Shown in pieces: positions 10,446 through 19,996 of a stretch of 64,000 nucleotides of DNA (position 1 is its first letter; every line of letters begins with the position of its first letter). Under the pieces are notes generated by a model that ran no database searches, had not been told where the DNA came from, and saw only the letters and a list, made by a program, of their open reading frames with translations. The translations under genes and the position numbers were made by a program. The stretch spans positions 31,696-95,695 of the forward strand of contig CAZHUO010000001.1 in NCBI GenBank assembly GCA_964535715.1. The letters run 5' to 3'. Source of the stretch: an uncultured Gammaproteobacteria bacterium (lineage in GTDB: Bacteria; Patescibacteriota; Patescibacteriia; Buchananbacterales; UBA6539).

Positions 10446-13400
10446 ATGAAAATTCTCTATAAAAAATCAAAAAGCCTCTTCAGCTTAAAACTATTTGTTT
10501 TAGCTTTTGTTTTTGCCGGCTTTGCGGCTTTTATTCCTTTCAGCCTTTCTTTGGATTATTCGGCTGTTTCTTTTGTAAATATAAAAGATTCAATTCAGGG
10601 AAGCAGTAATGATATTTTCAGCTTCGAATTAAATGAAGCTTATGCCCAGGCTACACCAGCTGCTGCCGAAGCTAATAAGGATTACACGCCGTCAACTGTC
10701 GGCCGATTTGTCAGTGATGCAATCGGAAAATTGGTTTTGCTTATTGTCAGGGCTGAAGGCTGGATAATCACCAAGCTTGCTTATATTCTAATGGCGCTAA
10801 TGCGCTATAACGGCTTTGTGACATCAGCGGCCGTTTCAAAAGGCTGGACTTTGGTTCGGGATGTGTCAAACATGTTTTTTGCCCTGATTATTTTGGCAAT
10901 TGCCTTGGGCACGATTTTGAAAGTTGAGTCATATAATATTAAAAGGCTTTTGCCGAAAGTTCTGCTTATGGCAATATTGGTTAATTTCAGCCGGACAATC
11001 TGCGGGCTGATGATTGATTTTGCCCAAGTGATAATGATTACTTTTGCCGCGGCATTTGCCGGTTCGGGCGGATCAGGCGGCTCAAATATAGTTTCAATTT
11101 TTAAGCTCCAAGACCTTCTTTTTAGTCAAACAGAAGCAGAAGCAATTACAAACAAAGATGGTATTAAAGCTGACAATGTAATTATAACCGGAATTTTAAT
11201 TGTTGTTATGCTTGCCATTGCCGTTGTTGTGCTTTTAGTAATGACAGTTGTGATTTTAATGAGGATGATAATGCTTTGGATTCTTTTGGTTCTTTCGCCT
11301 TTGCCTTTTATCCTTTCGGCTTTTCCCCAGGGTGAAAAATACGCCCAGCAGTTTTGGCAGGAATTCAGCAAATATGTGATTGTCGGTCCGATAATGGCTT
11401 TTTTCCTTTGGCTTTCTTTTGCAGTTGCCGATCCCGCTTCAAACTATGATAAAGGTTTAATGAATGATGCAAGTGAATCAGTTAATGCCTCTACAAGCGG
11501 TGATTTATCAACTGATAATAGTGTTGTCTTTACCAGTATTGGTAATATTGAGTCTTTTTTGTCATTTGTAATCGGCATCGGCATGCTGATGGCTTCCTTG
11601 ATGGTTACCCAGCAGCTGGGCGTGGCGGGGGGGAGCTTTGCGGGAGCTGCTTCGGCAAAGATTAAGCAAACCGGGATTGGGGCTTTGAGATTTGGCGCTA
11701 ATACTGTAAAATTTGGCGCCAAACTGCCTTTTAAAGGTGCAAATTTGGCGGAAAAAACCTTATTTGGGTCAACCGGAATCGGCTTGAATCCGATGCGCGC
11801 TTACCGTGGATTTAAGGAAAGATATGCGTCATGGAGCGAAAGAATGGAAAGTGAAGGTGCAAACAAAGGCTCGCAAAAGGCAAAAAATCTTATTCTCAAA
11901 GAAGGAAAACGAAATATTGCAACCAGAGCTTTCGGCTACGCCGGTTTGGCAATGACTTCACCAAAAGATTTCAGCCAGAATTATTTGGGCTGGAGAGGAA
12001 TTAAAAGGGGATTTGGTACTATTTTTAAAGGAACAAGTATTGATGAAATGAAAGACTGGGAGAAGGAAAGAACAAGAAGAAAAGAAGAAATTGCCTTGCG
12101 ACAAAAACTCGGATTTATCGGTGATGTCACCGAGGCCGGCGAAAAACAGATTGTTTCTGATGGAGCTGAAAATTTAACCCAGCTTTTAAAAAGTTCAAAT
12201 GCAGCAACTGTTTCCGGGGCGCTTCATTTGACAGTTGATTATGATGATGCAACAAAATTTAATACGGTAGCTGATGTTTTTGATAGCATGAATGAAAAAA
12301 CCTTGGGTGATTTAAGAGATTATCTGCCCGAAGGCACTGATATTGAACTTAAAAGAGATAGTACAGGGAAAGCATTAGGCGGGCTTGATGATGAAACAAC
12401 TAGCAAACAAAAAGATGCTTTACTTTCGGCAATTGCCAAGCAACAGTCAGAAAAACTTATGAAAGAACATAATGAATGGTTTGATAATAATACTGTTGCG
12501 AGTTCAGTATTGGTAGACTCTGGATTTAAGACAACAAAAGGCAAACAATATTATGCAGAGGAAGAAACAAAAAGAAGTTCTGAACTCAGTCGGGTTAAAG
12601 CTGGGGGATTGTCAAATATTCAGGCAGAAGGCCGCCAAAAGCGCCTTGAAGATATTCAGCTGCAAATTGTATCAATACTTAAAAAAATTGATAAAGATGG
12701 AGATTCTAGAGGTGAATATCGAGCCAAAATAGATGAATTAGTTAAAGAAGGAACTGATTTAGGTGGTGTTGCAGTTGAAGATGATAAAATTAAAACCCGT
12801 CTAGGTATAAGTGGTGTATTTCATTTCGGTAAAAGTAATACTGATCGCAGCAGCCAGAATATTATACCCGTGATAACAAGATCAGCTGTATTAACCAAAG
12901 AAGAAAAAGAAGAAAATACTAAGAAGGACGATGCAAACGGTTTAAGTATTTTAGACAAACTTGATCGAGATTTAGCTTATTTTAGAAAAGAAAGATCTTT
13001 TGCTGAAGCGGATCCAAATACAAGAAGAATATTGCAAAAAAATATTAATAGCAGTGTAGAAAAGGACAGTAAAAAACTTATTGTTGAAGATCAGAAAAAA
13101 ATGAGCGAGTTTAAAATGGCGCCAATTCCCTATGAAGCTTTGACTCAAGCTCGGGCGGCGGAAAGAGACCAGCTTTCCAAACTTCCTCAAGCAATGGAAT
13201 GGACGGAAATTGAAAGCGAATTAAGGACTGCCATTCAAATGGGAAATAAATCGCGTGTCCGAGCCTTAATGATGAAAGCCGCCAATGACTATAATGACAA
13301 TGAAATCTGGAATGCCTGGGGCTACGGTGCAAATGCCAAGGGAATGAGAGATTTTGGTCAAGAAGTTTTGGTAAATAAATTGAAAATGAATGAACAGGAA

Positions 13401-13868
13401 ATGTTAAGTTTCATGAATGATATAGCTTATGTAAACGAAGATCGAAATCATTTTGAAACCGCCAGAATGGTGACAATGCATGGCGGACAAGCAAGGTGGT
13501 CAACTGAAGAAGAGCATGCCGCTTCAATTTCAAATGAAAATTTAAAGCAGGCAAGCCGCGGCTTTTTACAGAATACCAACCGGCTTGGTTTTGGCGGTGA
13601 AAAAGACGGCAAGTATGAAATAGCATTGTCCGGAAAACTGACTCTTGCCGGGTTGGGCGATGTTGAGCTGCAAAATCGTATTAACCGCGGTGAATTTAAT
13701 CCGAGTCTGCTTTCAAAAATCGCCTCTGACCTTACCGGCCTGGAAGATATGGTTAAGCGCGGCTGGATAAGCCGAAGGACAATGGAGATGATTGTTTCTC
13801 GGGCAGCAACCAAAAAAATCCAAGCCGAATATACTGATTTATTAAGAAAAGCAAAACAAAAATTTTAG
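10446..13868 (+). CDS. VirB6/TrbL-like polytopic membrane protein with a long charged C-terminal extension (type IV secretion-like inner-membrane component)
   Basis: N-terminal signal/TM, then about eight hydrophobic helices in the first ~450 aa (e.g. LLPKVLLMAILVNFSRTICGLMIDFAQVIMITFAAAF, VIITGILIVVMLAIAVVVLLVMTVVILMRMIMLWILLVL). A ~650-aa K/E-rich coiled-coil-like tail follows. It lies upstream of a VirB4 ATPase. The family assignment is inference from architecture and synteny. Confidence 0.55.
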   Translation: MKILYKKSKSLFSLKLFVLAFVFAGFAAFIPFSLSLDYSAVSFVNIKDSIQGSSNDIFSFELNEAYAQATPAAAEANKDYTPSTVGRFVSDAIGKLVLLIVRAEGWIITKLAYILMALMRYNGFVTSAAVSKGWTLVRDVSNMFFALIILAIALGTILKVESYNIKRLLPKVLLMAILVNFSRTICGLMIDFAQVIMITFAAAFAGSGGSGGSNIVSIFKLQDLLFSQTEAEAITNKDGIKADNVIITGILIVVMLAIAVVVLLVMTVVILMRMIMLWILLVLSPLPFILSAFPQGEKYAQQFWQEFSKYVIVGPIMAFFLWLSFAVADPASNYDKGLMNDASESVNASTSGDLSTDNSVVFTSIGNIESFLSFVIGIGMLMASLMVTQQLGVAGGSFAGAASAKIKQTGIGALRFGANTVKFGAKLPFKGANLAEKTLFGSTGIGLNPMRAYRGFKERYASWSERMESEGANKGSQKAKNLILKEGKRNIATRAFGYAGLAMTSPKDFSQNYLGWRGIKRGFGTIFKGTSIDEMKDWEKERTRRKEEIALRQKLGFIGDVTEAGEKQIVSDGAENLTQLLKSSNAATVSGALHLTVDYDDATKFNTVADVFDSMNEKTLGDLRDYLPEGTDIELKRDSTGKALGGLDDETTSKQKDALLSAIAKQQSEKLMKEHNEWFDNNTVASSVLVDSGFKTTKGKQYYAEEETKRSSELSRVKAGGLSNIQAEGRQKRLEDIQLQIVSILKKIDKDGDSRGEYRAKIDELVKEGTDLGGVAVEDDKIKTRLGISGVFHFGKSNTDRSSQNIIPVITRSAVLTKEEKEENTKKDDANGLSILDKLDRDLAYFRKERSFAEADPNTRRILQKNINSSVEKDSKKLIVEDQKKMSEFKMAPIPYEALTQARAAERDQLSKLPQAMEWTEIESELRTAIQMGNKSRVRALMMKAANDYNDNEIWNAWGYGANAKGMRDFGQEVLVNKLKMNEQEMLSFMNDIAYVNEDRNHFETARMVTMHGGQARWSTEEEHAASISNENLKQASRGFLQNTNRLGFGGEKDGKYEIALSGKLTLAGLGDVELQNRINRGEFNPSLLSKIASDLTGLEDMVKRGWISRRTMEMIVSRAATKKIQAEYTDLLRKAKQKF

Positions 13869-13880
13869 CAAATATTAATT

Positions 13881-15215
13881 ATGCAAATTAACGAAGAATT
13901 AATCCAGGAATTTGAAGACCATACAAAGGAAGTTCTGCAATACAATTTGGTAGAGCAAGCCAGGCTTTTTGTTGAAAAAATTTGGCCGGAAATTGTTGCT
14001 GATAAAAATTTTGAAAAAAATAATCCGTCAATTTATGTCAGATTGAAAAAGATATATAATTTAAATTTGATTTTGCAGCTTGGCCGCCTGCCGGAAAAAA
14101 CCATTTTTGATTTATTTGAAAACAGCATTCAGCTGTATTATTTGGAAATGATTGACTATGCTGATCTTTGGCAGCTAATCAGAGCGAAATTAGTCACAAT
14201 GTTTGACATTGATGAGAGAAATAATTTTAAAAAACAGCTATCGAAGCTACTTTTAAGAAATAAAAATTTAATTACTAAAATCGCTTTAGAGCGTGACGGA
14301 AAAGAACATGAGCCGTCAATTGACCAGTGGCTTATTGACTACACCAGTTTTGTTGGTATTAAAAGTGTTGATGCCGTCAAAATGAATGAATATTTTACAG
14401 TGAATAATAATTTCAAAAAACTTTCCGATGAGGATAAAAATATCGTCCGTCAGCTTATTATTTTATATGAAAGACTAAAAAAATCATCGGCTGATCCGGA
14501 AGGGCTGGAAGAAAAAGTTACCATATTTGAAGACGGCAAGCTGATGGTTTTTCGCGAGGGCAGGTTTGAGGATTTAGATCCGAGAATTTCTAAATTAATG
14601 AAAGATCTGAAAAAAGACGAAAAAACCGGTTTACTTGCCGAAAAAGAAGATTCCTCCGGTCTTTTAGCTGATTCCGAAGAGCAAGAAATTGGTTTTGCTG
14701 AAACCAAACAGGATTCAGCGCCTGAAGATCAGAAAGAAGTAATCAAAGCCTACCAAGGCGATTTAAAGAAGGAAAAAGCAATTTCCAAGCTGGAAGAAAA
14801 GCTGATTAATAAAATCAATAATGATGCCGATAAATTAAGGGCTGAATTTTTTACTGCGGTTCAATCTAAGGATGCTGATAAAACAATTGCAGTTTTATAT
14901 GTTTTAGCTAAAAAAAATGATCTGACAAAATTTTTAGAGCAAGACCAAAAGCTGAATAAATTCATTTTGGCAACCTGGGAAAAAAGATACGGCAAAGAGT
15001 TTGCTGCGGATTTTTCAAAAGATCCAGGCAATGTAAAATTCATCCGCTTATTTTTAAAATATATTTTGGAAGAACGGTTAAAAATTCCGACCAATGATGC
15101 AGCCAGGGTGGGAATCAGAATAGGCAATATTCTCATTGAGTTCGGCCATAAGGATTTTAATCAGATTGCTTATTTTGACATGAAAAATAAAAAGTTTGAA
15201 TGGTTTGAGGAGTAG
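13881..15215 (+). CDS. Hypothetical soluble alpha-helical protein (444 aa)
   Basis: Long ORF tightly coupled (12 nt) to the upstream gene. No recognisable catalytic motifs. Confidence 0.6.
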   Translation: MQINEELIQEFEDHTKEVLQYNLVEQARLFVEKIWPEIVADKNFEKNNPSIYVRLKKIYNLNLILQLGRLPEKTIFDLFENSIQLYYLEMIDYADLWQLIRAKLVTMFDIDERNNFKKQLSKLLLRNKNLITKIALERDGKEHEPSIDQWLIDYTSFVGIKSVDAVKMNEYFTVNNNFKKLSDEDKNIVRQLIILYERLKKSSADPEGLEEKVTIFEDGKLMVFREGRFEDLDPRISKLMKDLKKDEKTGLLAEKEDSSGLLADSEEQEIGFAETKQDSAPEDQKEVIKAYQGDLKKEKAISKLEEKLINKINNDADKLRAEFFTAVQSKDADKTIAVLYVLAKKNDLTKFLEQDQKLNKFILATWEKRYGKEFAADFSKDPGNVKFIRLFLKYILEERLKIPTNDAARVGIRIGNILIEFGHKDFNQIAYFDMKNKKFEWFEE

Positions 15216-15311
15216 GTAATTAGGATGGTAGATCGGTAGATTGGTAGATAGTAAAGACAAATATATTCATATATAATCAACATAGCGCTGATATTTATTA
15301 ATTATATAAAT

Positions 15312-15617
15312 ATGACGCGTTATCAATATTATACCTACATAATGACTAATAAATTAAATACGACGATTTATATTGGTGTAACTAATGATATTTATAATCG
15401 AGTTTATCAGCATAAGAAAAAATTGGTCGAAGGCTTCACTAGCAGGTATAATATTAATAAGCTGGTTTATTATGAGGAATATGATTATATTGAAGATGCA
15501 ATATATCGAGAAAAACAATTAAAGAATTGGCGCCGCCAATGGAAAATTAATTTAATAAATGAATTTAATCCTGAATGGAAAGATTTAAGCGATGATTGGT
15601 ATGATGAAAAGGATTAA
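15312..15617 (+). CDS. Small stand-alone GIY-YIG nuclease-domain protein
   Basis: YIMTNKLNTTIYIGVTNDIYNRVYQHK matches the GIY-(x10-11)-YIG motif and the downstream R/H/N residues. It is 101 aa, the size typical of free-standing GIY-YIG selfish genes. Confidence 0.8.
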   Translation: MTRYQYYTYIMTNKLNTTIYIGVTNDIYNRVYQHKKKLVEGFTSRYNINKLVYYEEYDYIEDAIYREKQLKNWRRQWKINLINEFNPEWKDLSDDWYDEKD

Positions 15618-16046
15618 TTGTCATCCTGAATTCATTACCTTTTTGTCATCCTGAATTCATTTCAGGATCTCGGAAAGTCTAGAAAGCAACACTTTGTCAT
15701 CCTGAATTCATTTCAGGATCCAGCAAATCCTAGAGACTCTGAAATAAATTCAGAGTGACAAGTCTAGAAAAAAAGCGCACCCTTGTCATCCTGAACTTGC
15801 CTGCCCGCCGGAGCAAAAGTGTAGGCGGGGTTCAGGATCCAGCAAAGTCTAGAAAGCAACACTTTGTCATCCTGAATTCATTTCAGGATCCAGCAAAGTC
15901 TAGAGACTCTGAAATAAATTCAGAGTGACAAGTCTAGAAAAAAAGCGCACCCTTGTCATCCTGAATTCATTACCTTTTTGTCATCCTGAACTTGGTTCAG
16001 GATCCAGCAAAGTCTAGAGACTTTGAAATAAATTCAGAGTGACAAA
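15618..16046. repeat. Array of palindromic hairpin repeat units (REP/MITE-like). About 2.5 copies of a ~170-bp composite unit.
   Basis: Recurrent ttgtcatcctgaa-N-ttcaggatc hairpins (8-bp stem, loops of 5 nt up to a 36-nt GC-rich loop) and gagactctgaaataaattcagagtgac hairpins. Nested tgacaag...cttgtca stems. The 125-bp segments 15676-15800 and 15846-15967 are near-identical. Confidence 0.8.
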
Positions 16047-16119
16047 TGAAGAAATAAAGTAAAGACAAATCTTAAAATTAATAACTAACAACAAAACTGG
16101 GGGTTAAATTGACAAAACT

Positions 16120-17295
16120 ATGCAAAAAGACAGCGAAAAAAATTATATTTTTACTTCGGAATCGGTAACCGAAGGCCATCCTGATAAAGTCTGTGATAAA
16201 ATTTCAGACTCTATTTTAGATGAACTATTGAAGCAGGATCCGAATTCTCATGCCGGAATTGAAACATTGGTGACTACCGGCATGGTGGTTGTAGCCGGTG
16301 AAATCAGGACAAAAGGCTACGTTGATATTGCTAATATTGCCCGTCAGGCAATTAAAGAAATCGGCTACGATGATCATTCATCAGGCTTTCATTGGCAGGA
16401 CTGCGGGGTAATGGTGGCAATTGACGAACAAAGTCCGGATATTGCCCAGGGAGTTGACGCCGGAAGAGGAAAATTTAAAAAGCAGGGAGCCGGCGACCAG
16501 GGCTTGATGTTTGGCTATGCCTGCAAGGAAACTCCGGAGCTTATGCCTTTGCCCATAATTTTAGCCCATAAAATTTGCCAAAGGCTTGCCCAGGTTCGAA
16601 AAAATAAAACCTTGCCATATCTTCGGCCTGACGGAAAGTCCGAAGTGGCGGTTGAATATGTAAACGGCAAGCCGAAAAGAATAAATACGGTTGTTGTTGC
16701 GGCCAGTCATAACGAAAATGTTTCAAGCAAAAAGCTGGAAAAAGACATTCTCAAGAAAGTTGTCAAGCCGATTTGCGGCAAATATATTGACAGTAAAACC
16801 AAAATTTTCATCAACGCCACGGGACGCTTTGTGAAATGCGGACCGCCGGCTGACACCGGGCTTACCGGCCGAAAAATTATCGTTGATACTTATGGCGGAT
16901 TCGGCCGTCATGGTGGCGGCTGTTTTTCAGGCAAAGATCCGTCAAAAGTTGACCGCTCAGCTTCATATATGGCACGCTATGTCGCAAAAAATATAGTTTC
17001 TGCCGGCTTAGCCGACCGCTGCGAAGTCGAGCTTGCTTATGTAATCGGCGTTGCCGAACCTATCAGCATTTTAGTGGAAAGTTTCGGCACGGGAAAAGTT
17101 TCTGATGAAAGAATTGTTGAGCTGATCAGGAAATTTTTTGACCTTACTCCGGCGGGAATAATTAAAAAATTAAAACTGCTTCGGCCGATTTATAAAAAAA
17201 CCGCCGCATACGGCCATTTTGGCAGAAAAGAACCAGATTTTACCTGGGAGAAAACCGATTTGGCACAAACATTGAGAAAAGCCGCCGGATTTTAA
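16120..17295 (+). CDS. metK: S-adenosylmethionine synthetase
   Basis: [21 protein letters not shown]-terminal signature. GAGDQG and a full-length bacterial MetK layout. Confidence 0.95.
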   Translation: MQKDSEKNYIFTSESVTEGHPDKVCDKISDSILDELLKQDPNSHAGIETLVTTGMVVVAGEIRTKGYVDIANIARQAIKEIGYDDHSSGFHWQDCGVMVAIDEQSPDIAQGVDAGRGKFKKQGAGDQGLMFGYACKETPELMPLPIILAHKICQRLAQVRKNKTLPYLRPDGKSEVAVEYVNGKPKRINTVVVAASHNENVSSKKLEKDILKKVVKPICGKYIDSKTKIFINATGRFVKCGPPADTGLTGRKIIVDTYGGFGRHGGGCFSGKDPSKVDRSASYMARYVAKNIVSAGLADRCEVELAYVIGVAEPISILVESFGTGKVSDERIVELIRKFFDLTPAGIIKKLKLLRPIYKKTAAYGHFGRKEPDFTWEKTDLAQTLRKAAGF

Positions 17296-17305
17296 GCAAA
17301 ATAAA

Positions 17306-17460
17306 GGGTATTAACCGCGGAGAAAGTCGCTGACGCGTCAAAGGAGCGCTTTGGGGGTATTGACACTTGATGGCTCCTCGGTTCGGAAACAAAAAATTGT
17401 TTACTTTTTGTTTCTCTCTCCCTACGCCACTGTCGATCGAGATCGACGTGGCTTACGTCG
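17306..17460 (-). mobile_element. MITE-like structured repeat, copy a (inverted orientation)
   Basis: The reverse complement matches copies b, c and d (...gagagaaacaaaaagtaaacaa..ttttgtttccga.ccgaggagccatcaa..gtcaataccc...ccgcggttaataccc). Flanked by aataaa (17300-17305) and ttaataaaa (17461-17469). Confidence 0.6.
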
Positions 17461-17534
17461 TTAATAAAATATTTATTTGTCGATTATTGATATAAATGTT
17501 AAAATAAATCTAGGTAACTTAGGCCAAAGAATGC

Positions 17535-17611
17535 ATTGAAGCACAAAAACACTAAAGCACCGGAAAAAAATGTTTTGTAATTCTAGTGTTTTAATGCTTT
17601 TGTGCTTCAAT
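17535..17611. promoter_or_regulatory. Large palindrome immediately upstream of the 17622 gene
   Basis: Perfect 14-bp inverted arms attgaagcacaaaa (17535-17548) and ttttgtgcttcaat (17598-17611), with further partial complementarity (acacta/tagtgt) in the spacer. It ends 10 nt before the ATG. Confidence 0.4.
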
Positions 17612-17621
17612 CGATATTAAT

Positions 17622-18794
17622 ATGACAAATAATCAAGTCAAAACCGATGATTTTTTTACTCTACTGAAAGACGAGCGGAAAAACAGCGATCCTTTTGCAA
17701 ACGATGAAATAATTATTCTGGATAAAAAAGGCAATCTCAGCATTTTAAAAGACGGCAAGATTACCGATTTTGGGCCATTAAAAAAGAAAATTGAAAATGA
17801 GCCTAAAAAAGTTGTGGCGGAAATAAAACAAACGCCCCAAATTGACTTTCAGGCGGAGATAGATGATATCATCGAAAAATCCGGCATTCATTTTTCTGAT
17901 CAAGAAACGGAAAGGCGTTTTCGCAGCCTGATTTTATCAAGGCTTAAAGGTGCCAGAAATCAGATTCAAACTCGTGAAATAATGCTTGATTCACCGTCAT
18001 CGGGCGGTTTGGGCTTTAAGCCGGATGAAGCCGAAAGGGTATTATCTGCAATCTCCAAGCAGGCTCAAGATATGGATAAAATGTTCAGGGACGGCATGAG
18101 TTCCGGATATTTTTCCGATTTGCAGCTGCAGGTTGATTCTATTTTAAAAAATGCGGATTCAGAGCTGAAAAAACCAAAGATTGATTTGGCCAAAGCAAAG
18201 GAAACTGATAAAATTGAAGATAAAGGAGGACTTATTTTACCGGCTGAAAATTTAATTAAGCCAAAAGCCAACATTAACATTAAGCCCAAAGAAGACGTAT
18301 CGCCTAAAACAGCTGTTAATAAAGAGAAGAAAAATTATTTAAAACCCGGCGATTTTTTGGCAAAAAAATCTGAGTCCAAGCCATTGTTTAAGGCTCCTGT
18401 TGATTTATCGCCTGTAAATTTTCAATCATTATCAAAGCCCAAGATTGAAGATGTTAAATTTCGCTCAAGGCTTACAGGTCCGATTGAAGAAATCAGGTCA
18501 ATGACTTTAGTTGATTTTAGGAGATTGGGAAAAGACGCCAAAGATGCAATAGGAAAAATTGTGGAAAAAATACAAATTTTGGAGGACGAATCATTTCCAA
18601 AAAGAATTCAGGCAATCAGGGCTTGGAAAGAAAGCCCGGTAAATCAGCTTTATTTGGAACTTGGCGCTGAAAGTATGGAAAAGAAAATGCCGATTTTGGA
18701 AGTAATCAGCCAAAGGCAGAAAAATGGCATTGATACTTTAACCGAACAGGAAATTGAAGAAATCATGGAATTTAATAAAAAATTAAGATACTAG
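17622..18794 (+). CDS. Hypothetical K/E-rich protein (390 aa) inside the T4SS-like cluster
   Basis: Long ORF in the same orientation as, and directly upstream of, the VirB3-like and VirB4 genes. No recognisable motifs. Confidence 0.6.
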   Translation: MTNNQVKTDDFFTLLKDERKNSDPFANDEIIILDKKGNLSILKDGKITDFGPLKKKIENEPKKVVAEIKQTPQIDFQAEIDDIIEKSGIHFSDQETERRFRSLILSRLKGARNQIQTREIMLDSPSSGGLGFKPDEAERVLSAISKQAQDMDKMFRDGMSSGYFSDLQLQVDSILKNADSELKKPKIDLAKAKETDKIEDKGGLILPAENLIKPKANINIKPKEDVSPKTAVNKEKKNYLKPGDFLAKKSESKPLFKAPVDLSPVNFQSLSKPKIEDVKFRSRLTGPIEEIRSMTLVDFRRLGKDAKDAIGKIVEKIQILEDESFPKRIQAIRAWKESPVNQLYLELGAESMEKKMPILEVISQRQKNGIDTLTEQEIEEIMEFNKKLRY

Positions 18795-18820
18795 CCTGAC
18801 AGTTAAATGTTAACTGTTAA

Positions 18821-19294
18821 ATGTTAACTGTTATATTAATGCAACAATTTGTAATTCCACAATTTATCGATGTTGAGGACAAAGTAATAGGACCGATTAC
18901 CGTTCGGCAGTTTGTAATATTGCTTATCGGAGGCGGACTTTGTTTTATTGAATATAAGCTGACTGATCTGGCATTATTTCTTGTAGAGGCGGCATTTACC
19001 GCACTTATTGCATGTGTTTTGGCGTTTGTAAAAATCAACGGCCGGCCGATTCATTATTTTATTCTTAATGCTTTCCAGACTTTGTTTCGGCCGAAACTGC
19101 GCGTTTGGCAGAAGAAATTTACAGCAACGGAGCTAAAAAGTTATTGGAAAGAAGAAAAAAGCATGCTGCCGCCGGAGATAAGAACAAAAAATAAAGTTAG
19201 GGCTTCAAGGCTGGCTGAAATGGCTCTTATTGTTGATACCGGCGGCGTATATCAAGGGGAAGATCTGCCTGGCGTAAAACAGGAATTATATTAA
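18821..19294 (+). CDS. Small two-TM membrane protein, VirB3-like by position
   Basis: Two hydrophobic helices (FVILLIGGGLCFIEY; LALFLVEAAFTALIACVLAFV). It sits directly upstream of the VirB4 region, as virB3 does. An alternative start is the ATG at 18838 (MQQFVIPQF...). Confidence 0.5.
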   Translation: MLTVILMQQFVIPQFIDVEDKVIGPITVRQFVILLIGGGLCFIEYKLTDLALFLVEAAFTALIACVLAFVKINGRPIHYFILNAFQTLFRPKLRVWQKKFTATELKSYWKEEKSMLPPEIRTKNKVRASRLAEMALIVDTGGVYQGEDLPGVKQELY

Positions 19295-19307
19295 AATATA
19301 AATTTGA

Positions 19308-19988
19308 ATGAAATCAAAAAAATTAGCCAACAAAAAAGTAAGTGCTTCAACCAGGGAACAGATTGATATTGCGGAAATTAAGGAAGATGTTGTAATAATG
19401 AAAGATGGCACATTAAGAGCGGTACTTTTAGTTTCGAGCATTAATTTTGCCTTAAAATCAGAAGATGAGCAAAATGCGATAATTTCCGCATACGTTAGTT
19501 TTTTAAATTATTTGGAATTTCCGGTTCAAATCGTGATTCAGTCGCGTAAATTGGATATTGACGGCTATTTGGATCGTCTGAAAAAAATTGAAAAAGAGCA
19601 AACCAATGAACTTTTAAGGATGCAAATTGCGGAATATTATCAATATATAAAAGAGCTTGTTGAAATCGGGGATATCATGAGTAAAAGATTTTATGTTGTT
19701 GTGCCGTATAATCCAATGTCGGACAAGCAGGAATCATGGATTAAAAAATTTTTGAGCATATTTTCTGCCGCTAAGGAAGTCAAGCTAAACCAGGAAAGTT
19801 TTCAAAAAAAACGGCATGTTTTGTTTCAGAGAGTTGAAGGAATCGTCACAAGTTTGGCCAGCATGAGCATAAAGTCGGTTGTGCTTGATACCCAAAGCCT
19901 GATTGAACTTTATTATAATACATATAATCCCGACATTTATACAAAAGAAAAAATGGTTGAAATTAATAAGCTTAGAGTAGAAGGATAA
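19308..19988 (+). CDS. Hypothetical 226-aa protein adjacent to VirB4. Possibly a separated VirB4 N-terminal-like module.
   Basis: ORF ending 8 nt before the VirB4 start, in a different frame. DGTLRAVLLVSSINFALKSEDEQNAIISAYVSFLNYL loosely resembles VirB4/TrbE N-terminal segments. Confidence 0.55.
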   Translation: MKSKKLANKKVSASTREQIDIAEIKEDVVIMKDGTLRAVLLVSSINFALKSEDEQNAIISAYVSFLNYLEFPVQIVIQSRKLDIDGYLDRLKKIEKEQTNELLRMQIAEYYQYIKELVEIGDIMSKRFYVVVPYNPMSDKQESWIKKFLSIFSAAKEVKLNQESFQKKRHVLFQRVEGIVTSLASMSIKSVVLDTQSLIELYYNTYNPDIYTKEKMVEINKLRVEG

Positions 19989-19996
19989 AATAATTT

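Noticed and set aside
15618-16046. Possible CRISPR array (regularly spaced palindromic repeats)
   Set aside because: Units are heterogeneous and nested, and partly half-sites. There are no constant-length repeats separated by unique spacers and no cas genes. It is better described as a palindromic repeat array.
16047-16119. SAM riboswitch expected upstream of metK
   Set aside because: No SAM-I/SAM-II consensus elements (kink-turn, pseudoknot motifs) are recognisable in the 73-nt leader or in the preceding hairpin array.
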